From Dipteris shenzhenensis (lineage: Eukaryota), in assembly GCA_047967505.1 (NCBI GenBank), contig CM106538.1: 64,000 nucleotides of DNA; one strand, given 5' to 3'. Within the stretch, counting starts at the first letter, position 1. The number at the start of each line of letters is the position of its first letter. Both the position numbers and the translations under genes were made by a program. Below the pieces are notes generated by a model. It saw nothing but the letters and a program-made list of their open reading frames with translations, did not search any database and was not told the origin of the DNA. Of this stretch, positions 46,478 to 57,184 are shown piece after piece.

Positions 46478-48556
46478 ATGGCCAAAACCAAGTCAACTGC
46501 AAGGAAATCTGGCAAAGGGCCAGGGCTTGCAGCAACAGCAGCTGGGGCAGGTACCAAGAAATTTAGTGTGCCTCCAAAGGGAAGAGCTGCACATGGCAGG
46601 AAGGGTAAGCCAATGAGCCTGCTCAAGCAAAAGGCCAAGAGATTGAATCATGGTGCAGGTGTGCTAAGGGAGATCAGGAAGCAATAGAAAGCTATAGGCT
46701 TTGCAAACCCCAAGGCACCTTTTCAAAGACTGGTGAGAGAAATATGTGATAGTTGGCACCTTGGGTTTAGGTGGAACAGAACTGCCATTCTTTCCTTACA
46801 GGAAATGGCAGAGGATTACTTGGAAAAATATTTTGAAGATGCAATGCTGGTAGCAGCCCATGCTCACAGGGTGACTTTGATGGCCAAAGACTTCAACACT
46901 TTGTCCAGAGTGAGATGGAGGTATGACAAGCTTGTTCATCCTGTGGAATGGCAGGACATAAAGATGAGAGACATATTGTTAATTCCACCTACAAGGAAGT
47001 TGAAGGTAGATGAGGTTAAGGTTGTTGAAGTAACCCACTCAAAGAACACCAGAGGGAAGGCTGCTTATGAGGAGTCACTGAAGCAGCAAATAAAAGAAAC
47101 AAAATCTGTTATAGATGTGGAGACTGGAAAGAGGGAGCTACAGATACATAGAAGGTTGCAGGAGCTGGGCCCTAATATAGTTGTCCATATTGAGGATGAA
47201 TTTTCAGTGAATGATTTTGACTTGACAAAACCATGCTTGGCAGCATTGGCTCATAAGAATGAGTATTGCTCAGATACTATCATTCTTGAAATGCTCTAGT
47301 AAGTGTCTATTATTTTACATTTTTTGCGAAACAATCCTCCTTGTACCTCCTTTATACCCTACCTTAATTATTTTTTGGTCCTATGCAGCATGATGAGAAG
47401 CTGGCTTCACACCTCTGTACAGCATATAGTCCATATTATTGATCCTGCCATTTCTTCTAAATTAAGAGATGCAAAGGAAACTCCCATTAGTATTTCCAGC
47501 TGGTTCAGAAACTACAATTTTGAAGTAATTGATGTTTTGCTACTTCCATACAATAACAGGTATGTGGGTGACTGCTTCTTTTAAGATTCTTCTTTAAGAT
47601 TGAGAACTCTTGTAGCCTTTAATTTCCTAATGCTTTTTTCCTTATGCAGTGACCACTGGAGTTTTGTTTCTATTGACATCCAGCAGAAGCAATGCTTTCT
47701 ATTCAACTCTCTTAAAAACACACACAGAGAGCTGAAATTGTAAGTTCTGTGTGTGCTTTTTGAACTTAAAACTTCATTATTTTGATATCATACTAACTAA
47801 ATTATACATATTGCAGTTGTATTCGAAGGCTTCTAGATGCATTGGATCACTGTCCTCCCAATGTCTCTCTTTTGGATTTAATAGAGCCAATAAATCTAGA
47901 GGTAAAAAGTCGTTCCCTCTACTGATGTCTATTTCATGCTATGTCTTTGAACTTATTCAATAATTTTGTTTTGTTCAGATGCTAACAGTTTCTAACATAT
48001 CTTTCCAACTGTACAGACACCACAACAAGATGATTCAAGTAGCTGCAGATGGAGAGTGCTGATCGGTGCAAAATATCTACTTTCAAGCTATTTTGAGAAA
48101 GAACAGCCAGACCTTGTAAGAAAAAATAATTTTCATTTAGCTTGAAGATAATTCATAATGATACAAAGTGTTCTAAATTATCATCTGCCATTGCAGATGA
48201 AAGAAGATAGCTTCAGCTCAAACTATGTATATAATTTTAGAGCTCATACAATTTGGAGGTTTTTGAGCTATGCCTCCCCCAAACTTATTGTACCAGCTAC
48301 TGTGGAGTTGGGTGAGAGCTCTAAAGTACAAGAAGGTGTCATACACCTTGATGCCACAGATGAAGCACCTAATTCTAAGGAGGAGAAGCCACAAGAGCAA
48401 TCACCTAGTGCTGAGGAGGAGAAGCCACAGGAGCAAGGACCTACTGCTGATGTTGTTGAGGAGAAGATGGAGCAGCAGCAAACAGATGCTCCTGGGGTAG
48501 TGGAGGAGACAATGGAGCAACACCAACATACTGTACAGGACAGGATGGAGCAGTAG
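46478..48556 (+). pseudogene. Histone H3-like / Ulp1 (C48 SUMO-protease) fusion, six exons, one premature TAG
   Basis: MAKTKSTARKS, VLREIRKQ*K, PFQRLVREI, LQEMAEDYL..FED..HAHRVTLMAKDF; then NEYCSDTII, LLLPYNNSDHWSFVSID..LFNSL, TPQQDDSSSC. Exons 46478-47298, 47389-47559, 47650-47739, 47817-47901, 48017-48114 and 48198-48556 splice in frame with GT-AG. Confidence 0.85.
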
Positions 48557-48779
48557 AAAAAAGATTCTCCAAAAAATGATGATAGGGAGATCTTGGACCA
48601 TGTAGAGTAGCCTCTGGATCAAGCTATACATAAATAGAAAATGGATGTCAGAAATATGTTCTACATGTTTAACTAAACAGTTTTGTACAAAATCTTACTT
48701 GATTGAATACAAAACCTTTGTTTATGGAGTCTGTGTTATCTCAATTTTTAAATTTTCAATGTCTTTGCATTTTATTGAG

Positions 48780-50161
48780 CTCTCTCTTCTTTTGAGCAAC
48801 TGCAAAAAAGAAATATGAATTAGAGCGGTAAAGTAAACTAATAGCAATGCTTAATGAGACTAGGATAAATCAGATGGTGTACCTTTTTGTTGTTGTAGAT
48901 AAATAAAAAGTCGTTTGAAATAGAACCTTCTATCTCAAACAGAATGTCATTGCGCAATTGAGCTACGGAGCAACATTCTCTTAATGAGATATTGACTAGC
49001 ACATCACCATTCTCAACAACATCAATATCAAGAAGTTTATTTTCTACACCAAAAGAATCTTCATCTTAATCCATTGGGACTAGTTTTGTCCCTAGCATTC
49101 GACTGCGCTTGTAATAAAAAGAGAAAATAAAATTTTGTGATGCAACCATGTACTTCAGTTGCATAGAAGGTTGGACAACCTCACAAAACACTGAACTACA
49201 TGTCTTCTTATCCCAACCTTTATCCAAAATTTGTGGCATGCATGCTGAACTTGTTGCTTTAACTGTGAACATTGTTTTTGAAACCTTCACTGGAAAGGTA
49301 TTAAACAAGTCCACAAAAACTATGAGAGGCATGCATAAAGAAATTTTTACTATCCTTGTGGCAATATTGGGCCTCAGAGCTTTCTGTACTTCTTTGAAAA
49401 GCTTGGCCCTATATGCCTCTGTATTACTAGAATGTGGGTGAGGCCAATCCACTGAATTCCATGCCAGAAGGTCTTGTTTTATTAACACACCATGTGTGTT
49501 AGCATTGTCCAGCAACTGATAAAAATGATCAGTAAAAAATATACCCGATTGAGCTAGCTCTATTGCACATCGACCTTGGTATTGTTGTTCTCCTATCGAT
49601 CCATGCAGAACATCTATAAATCCTAGAATATAATCGATGTTTTGCCATGTCTCATACGATGAAGGATATAAATCTGAAATAAAACAACACAAGAATGTCA
49701 ATAAGCAAAGAGAGAAAGCTTCATCTTAAAAATCCATACACCTCGTAAAGAAAAAAACCACAATAGAAAAATATACAATTAAGCCTGTGTTGCAGAAGAT
49801 CTTTTGGATAGTCTTGGAAGACAAGTTCTTTATGCATGTACATGTGCTAAATCAAAACTTCTTTCACGGATATCTTCCCTCTGGTGATTTTAAAATCTCG
49901 TACTCTTCCCTTCCATGATGCCAAGAAAATGTTTTTTGTCTGGGGTCTTTTTCTTTTGCTAGGATGCATGAGCACCCATGCTCCTTTCGAAACACTAAAC
50001 CTTTCCCAAGTTCCTTCCATTTTGACTGTACTTGAATTCTCTACCGATGAAATAGAAGAAGCAAGTCGATGGGGTAAGGATGTGTGGTATAATTCTGCCT
50101 TCATAGCATTATCATCCACAGAGCGTCTTCCACAAGAACGGCCATGGTTTTTATTCACCAT
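48780..50161 (-). pseudogene. Probable BAH-domain protein, spliced, with nonsense codons
   Basis: GAWVLMHP..WKGRVRDF..EVLI*HMYMHKEL..NYLYPSSYETWQNIDYILGFIDVL..FFTDHFY; intron at about 49674-49776. Confidence 0.5.
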
Positions 50162-50299
50162 GGAGATTTTCTGAATCTATAACAATAGCAAAGTAATGTA
50201 AATAAGATAACAAATTGAAGTTTCAAGAAAGAGAAAGTGGTTGGTTGAGAGCTTATTTTTCCAAACCATAAAAGGCCCCAAAATGAGCTCCCTTTTTTC

Positions 50300-51083
50300 C
50301 TAATGACCCCTACCTCTGCCTCTGCCTCTGTTTCTATCTAAAGTTGTGAATGCCTGATCATTGGAATGACCTTTGCATGCGTGAATGGCCTGAGTTTTGA
50401 GATCTTCACCAAAAGTAAAACTGACTAAAGTCCTTCCAGTGTCAAAATTTGCCGTTGAATGGCAATAATCTGGACTAGATTCTTGTATCCAACTCCTAGT
50501 TCATTCAAAATGACTTGAACCATTTTTGTGGGGTTCATAGTCTCTCCAACTACTGTGAGTTGATTATTGTAATCTTTGATCCTGAGTATGTAATCATGGC
50601 TGGTTTCACTGCTATTGCAAAAACTCTAGTTGATTTGGTTTCTCATTGTGAGAATCTTGGAAGTGTTCTTGGACTCGTAGAGAGCTACGAACATATCCCA
50701 TGCTTCTCTCGATGTCTTGACGGTGTTGAGATATCCTAGCATGACATCTTGCACATTCTGTTTGATTAGATGATATGCATACTTGTCTTTCTTGTCCCAT
50801 TCTTCATGTGCTTGGGCAATGGCAAGATCTGCTACAGATTCAAAAATTGTTTGTGTAGCTGGAGATCACACTGTAGATCCCACTGCTGGTGTTGTGACAA
50901 TAGGTGGAGTAGAGCTACTACTGGTTGGATCATCCACAATGGTCTAGGTGTAGATCCATCGACATACTCCCATTTGTCCTGAAGTACAAGAATGGTCTCC
51001 ATTTGGTATTTCCATGTGCTATAATTGGAATTGTCTAACTTAGCAGATGCCTCCAGATTGATGTTGCTAGTCATCGCAGACAT
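50300..51083 (-). pseudogene. Copia gag fragment
   Basis: KLDNSNYSTWKYQMETILVLQDKWEYVDGS; RGRGRG tail near 50305-50330. Confidence 0.75.
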
Positions 51084-52577
51084 GATACCAAGAAATGTAC
51101 TCAAAGTGTCTATGAAATCACTGTATGAATCAGCTGCAAAACACTGACTGTAGCAAGTGAAATCTGAGCTATCGGTGAAGGTAGAACTGTAATATATAAT
51201 CCAATCTAAATTGCAAGGCTTGTGGAAAATGATGCTGGAAATAGCCAAGAGGCTTACAAGGCTGAAATAAAGTGCACAATGTCATGAAATAGCAATAGGA
51301 TTTACAATGATGGCATGTGTGTGTGAAATCAAATAATTTGCTATCTACCCACTGATCAATCGGTCAATGCCTTTGAACACTATGAAGTCTGCTCACTAAA
51401 CTGATGAACATCAGGTTTTAGGTAATGTGATGATGTGAAACCATATGTGAGCATAGGGACTGACTCCAAGTAAGAACTAGTCAGGAATTTTGGGCATGGC
51501 TTAGATTGGCAACTTGGAGAAATTCAAATCATCTCCACTATGGCAATCTATTATACTTTGATCTAGATCTAGACCAATCATAGACCAAAGAAAAGAACAA
51601 ATAATTTCTTTTTCTTTGGTTCTTTTTATGTGCTGGGTCAGATGCATCGATGTAGAGACTATGTGTGTGTAGGAAGTGGATTTGTCGATAAGGCTCAAAA
51701 GTGAGCGATAATTGCACCACAATGTGCATGTGATATGATGAGCATGTAGAGCACAAAAAATCAAGCGATTTTCCTTTTTGGAATGCCCTCAAATTCTTCT
51801 TAGATCAAGAGATATGGCTTGATTTAGGTGGAGGGGCAAAAAAGGGTGCAAAGTGCTCAATGATGATGTGGCACTCAGGGGGTCACATGCAGTGACTTTT
51901 CTTGTGAAGGGGTGTGCCTCTGGGGCATTGTGTGATGAGGTGGCAAGAGGATTCACATGCAATGCACAATGTGCCTACAAGGGTTATGACATGTGGTAGC
52001 TGAGGTGGATGCTGATTGGGCACTGATGACATGTCACATGTGGATAAGGTTGCTGATGTGGCAACTGAGCTGTCTTGGATGACTTGTATGCCACATGTCA
52101 TTTGAGGTGGTAGATAGACCAACCTTAGGGTCAGAGGAACCTTACCATGGTTAAGTCCTATCCTCCACATGGCATCTTTGCTGAAACCTAGGAAGAATTC
52201 TTGCAGAGATGGTGACGTCCTTGCCTACGGCTGAAGATGGAGTTCACTATCTAAGAGCCCAAGTGAAATTGTTCAGCCCATCGTTGGTTGGAGCACAAGA
52301 GGCCCTGAAGTTGGGAGAGCTATGCAAGGGCCGTGTTTGTCATGGGTCGAGGTAGATGTAGAGTTCATTGAGCCTACTTGTATGGTTGCTATGTTGAGGC
52401 ATCGTTGGATCTGGGTAGACATTGGCAGCATAGTAGCAACTTACTGAGGCCTCGTTGGAGCACTGAGTGTGGTTGTGGGTGTGGCGTTATCATATGTTGA
52501 GGAGAAGCCCTCTGTGGGGCATGGCTTGCTAGGGTCGGTGGGGCAAAAAAGCTTGGATGTGTAGGTTGTTGAATAGG

Positions 52578-52582
<5 letters not shown>

Positions 52583-52618
<36 letters not shown>
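52583..52618. repeat. (TC)n microsatellite
   Basis: Pure TC run. Confidence 0.95.
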
Positions 52619-52622
<4 letters not shown>

Positions 52623-53112
52623 GGTATATGATAGGACTAGAGATTTCTCCCTCTCATGAGCTGCAAACTAAAATCTCTCTTCAAAACAAAGAAAGAATAA
52701 TCTCTTGCAAAAATGAATATATTTAGTTCTTTCAATGAAAATGAAGAACTCTCACTCTCTGTGAATCTTTCAAAGTGAATAGAGTAAAGTAGGAATGAAT
52801 AAAACTCTCTATCTCCCTTTTTGTCTAAAAAGAAGGATTCCTCTCACATGAATCCTCACAAGATGAACATAAATTTCTTCAAGATATCTCAAGAAGATGA
52901 ATGGAAATATCTCACAAACGCTCAAGAAAGTGATGACAGCTAAGGAGATCAAATTAAACATTGAAAGACATAGTGCAATATATTCATGAAAGGTAAGAGT
53001 TATTGAAATATATAGTACAATACATTCATGAAATATAAGAGTTATTCTCTAACACAAAAGGTGAAGTGGTTAGTACACTTCAAATTCCAAATCAAAGTAT
53101 ATAGCCTTAAAG

Positions 53113-53693
53113 TTAAATAAATTCATAAAATGTGAAAATTTTTACTCCAGGCGTAATGTCTTCATGAGAAACTATCTCAATAAAACCTACATGTCCATCG
53201 TCTCTCCAAGATGGACATGTAGGATTATAAACCCAGACTACATTCATTAGGCTATCATCATAGAGGAAGCTATTAATATACCCTGCTACATTTCCATTAA
53301 GAACATCACCCACAATGCCTCCACAATGTAAGTGTTTTGTTCCTCCTCTATTGCATAAGTATGCATTCGAGGATAATATAAACATAATTGTTTCCATACG
53401 TCATGGTCATATCTTGCTCCTATGTAAGGAAACAAAGAAGTTCCCTTGGAGATCTTACAGAGGCTGAAAAGAACCAAGCTGGCATCACTTAAAGGTGATT
53501 GTGAGACATTATACATTCTTCCATAATATTGAATAGGCTCGTTTATTGGAATTGTTAGTTTACCCTTCCAACCACCATTCTTTGAAGGATCAAAATATAT
53601 AATCCTTTGAGCCTCTAAACTTGGTGGACAGTTCAAATTACATGAAATTCTTTCCATTGTGTTCATTTCACACTCTACATTTTTATAGAGCAT
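53113..53693 (-). pseudogene. Second SET-domain gene, frameshifted, homologous to 10467-11028
   Basis: FDPSKNGGWKGKLTIPI, FPYIG, YPRMHTY, IVGDVLNGNVAGYINS, EDITPGVKIFTFY. Confidence 0.75.
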
Positions 53694-56074
53694 GTAATAA
53701 TTTCCCCAAGCCCACTATAACAACAAGAAATAAAGTAGTTTAGATATTTTTAATACTCCTATATCTTTAGTATGCATAAATCAGCTAACATAATATGAAA
53801 AGGCTTACTTTTTGGGTCTTACATTCTTCTTTCCAATCTTCGGTAGGACCATGTTTAATAAGATGTCTATTGATTCAATTTTGTGACTTTATAATATATC
53901 CATTGCACTTATTTCAAGGACATGCATGCCAATAAAACTTAGTGCACTCCATTTCTTTGTTGCACTTTTGTTGATAAAATTCAACCAAATTTCTTGGTCA
54001 GTCATCTCCTAAGATGTAAAATTATTTTGTGAACGATATCTCATGGCTATTTAAAAATAAATCATGATTGTAATTTGAAATGATAAATAATGAATACATA
54101 AGAAGTATAAAGAGATTAAGATTTCACTCACAAGATCCAACTCGAATAGATGATGACAGACCCATTGCCATTGTATTATGAGATGAACCTAGAACAAAAT
54201 ATAGATATCAGAGGAAATGAAAGAAATGAAAAACACTAAATATAGTACAAGTACATTCATTTTAAACAAAAAATATGAAATGCAATAACCTAGATTAGCA
54301 ACTAATTGGTTCTCCAGTAGAGCTTTAGTGAAAGTAGCCCCATGAGATGATCCTACAAAAATTAAAAATGCATCAAAGGCCAAATAGACAATAAAGATCA
54401 TAGTCCATGATTGGACTTGGACTACATGATCCTATAATAGATGAATCAATTATAGAAATTATATTTAAGACCTTACATACTTTTTCAGATTGAAAGAATT
54501 TATAAAATGATACAATTTCACTTATAATATGGACAAATGGCTACTCTTCTTACCTTTGAAAGAAGTTCGATGAGTTTGTGCTAGCATAGGGGGAGAATTG
54601 GCAGTAGCTAATGCTCCTACACCAACAGGAGCCACATGACATGCCTTCTCTTGAGAGCGCACGCCATAATTTCTTTTTGTTCATTTTGAACTATCCATTT
54701 TCTAAATCCATAAAGCCATTAGACACAACATATGCATAAATTAGCGCATATGAAGAATTTACATTAATAAACCTTCAAATTTACATCAACAAATGCATAC
54801 TATTAATCCTAATCCATAGCATGTTGAAACCATGTGCCAAGAATGCACCCTTATGTCCATAAATCTTAGCATTTCCAATGGTTTCATGATTACCCTTTTG
54901 ACGCCCAATGCTGTGGCCAAATAAAAGCATTTTAAAAAATGGTTTCTTTTTCCAAAATAAATCATTTCCTTTAATCCAAGGTGACCAAAAGTGAGTACCA
55001 CCATGAAAACAATCCAAACCATTTCAAAGTACAAAAACATTTCTCCATTTGTTACTAAATTATGCACAATATGCTCATCTTTTTCTTCTACAATTCTTTT
55101 CGAATCTAGGACGTCCCAAATAAGGTAGCATATTCATCAAAGTTGTGTATGCTATTTGGTGGAGCCATTAAATCCCACAATCATTCAATCAAGTGCATGC
55201 TCAAATCATTTCAAATGAGAAAAATTATAAATGGTATTATCATCTTTTCATCCAAATTTATCAATGCAATTTAAAGGCTACTCACTAGGGCCAAATATGA
55301 GTGGATGGAGTGGCATAAGTGCAAAGAATGCAAGTGCATAGAAAGATAATTTCAAAAGCATATAATAAGGGGTCATCACAAGATAATAGCATAACACGAG
55401 TGTAGAAATAAGAATCAAAACATAGCATAGCGTAGCAAGCATAGCATAACATAAGTGCAAAACATAAGTACATAGCATAAGCATACAAAGGATTCATACT
55501 GATATTGAGATCCTTTCTTAACTCATATTGATATGAGTCCATGCACATGTCAAACACATAGCACACATGGATGCTCTCCCATAGACCGTGCAATCAACCA
55601 ACAACATTCCTCATATATATTGAGTTAGATACAATTTTGATCTACATGATCATGAAGTTCATTATGGCAACATCAAGCTCGACACCATTTCCTAGCCATG
55701 CATTAATTAAACAATATAGATGAGCAAACTCCATATGTAGATATAGATCAATACTGTACTCAATTATAGGTCTAGGATAAACACACATCAACAATGAAAT
55801 CATAATTGTCCACGATTGTAAGTACATTAATCATGATGATGTGCATGTGGGAGGCACTATCATCAAAACTCTAGCATCCAGCTTTTGTGTATGGGTGGCA
55901 TGCAAGAGGAAACATTGGCATTAATAGAGAGAGTTCAAGAAAGCCATATGGTCTAAGTTTAAATCTCATATGGGTTGAGATAGACCAGAATCCTACTTTC
56001 TCAATGCCCATGGATGATGCATGGTGAAAAACAAGGAAATATTCATTCCAAGGCATGAAAATGACATTAGATGG

Positions 56075-56557
56075 CGGGTGATGATGATGGGCTTTGCTCT
56101 TATATAGCCACCAGTCGTAGTCAGTTAGACTCAATTGGGAGGCCAACCCAGTCCGCCCAAAATGATGGACTGGAGGTCAGTCCCAAAGTAGGCCATCGAC
56201 CACACAATAGAACCGTGGCACAGAATAGAGCAACTAACCTATGGTCACCATTTGGCCCAAAGTGTCTGGTATCATCTGGGGCTCCAAACAGGCCCCACAA
56301 GGCTGCCGCAAGAAATTCTCCATCTACCCTCAGTGCGGTCAGTCATGGGATGCCTTCCTGCACTTGCAGTAGCCTAGTTAGTAGTGTGCCAACTCTATCT
56401 GAAGCTGTCTAGCCATGAGGCCACACATGGCCCCATCTGGTGTCCAACTACCAGATAACCAAGCTACTCAAATGCCTTCTCCTCATATGGGGGGCTTACA
56501 AGTAGAGTTAGTTGGTTCCTGCGCAGTTACATGAGAGTGGAGGATTGATATCTAATA
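56075..56557 (-). repeat. Partial family D LTR (uninterrupted reference for the 9704/23318 junction)
   Basis: Matches 9535-9704 followed directly by 23322-23652. Confidence 0.85.
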
Positions 56558-57184
56558 GAACAAAGGCTATGGCTTTATTCATAATGTAGATGCTGACTCT
56601 CTGTAACTTGTGTTCTTTCACCAATTGAGCTTCATCCATTTTGATGACAAATATGAGTTTTCCATTGCAATCTGTATAACAAAAGAGAAAAATCGTTAGG
56701 ATAAACATGATATAGGAAATGAACTAGGTAAAGTGCAATGCTATAATGGATTTCCTCTTACCATCTTCTCTCATGCCATAGAATTTGACCATTGCTTGTT
56801 GCAATTTCTCAACATCTGAGTAGACATTGTTGAAAGCATTCATCTCAAAGATTTGCAAGCCAGATTTCTTTTTACTCTTCCAAGTCATTGTGCCCCTTAT
56901 GCAATGGTACCCTCCAAGCATTTCGTTCTTCCCATCACATCTTCCATGAAGTTATTGAAGAAGAACACAATAAAAACTTAGTCACAAACAATGTAGCACA
57001 AAAGAGTGTACTCTCATTGGAACATTTGATAACCAACCTTGTAGCTTGGACTCTCCTCTTTCTAGCACCACCAGTGGGTGCCAATGCATCCATGTTATGT
57101 AACTACCTTCTTTTCCTCTCCTTCAATCCCAAAGGTGTTTCTTTCATCTTTTGCACTCATTCTTCTGCCTTCTCTCATTCCTTC

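Noticed and set aside
46478-46920. Host canonical H3 or functional CENH3 gene
   Set aside because: Too diverged, has an internal stop, continues into a long linker and protease, and has only TE neighbours.
41990-50300. TIRs or TSD for the H3-Ulp1 region
   Set aside because: Both junctions abut truncated Copia sequence and I found no matching inverted ends.
53700-56070. Additional cargo genes upstream of the second SET
   Set aside because: Only short stop-ridden frames with no motif I can support.
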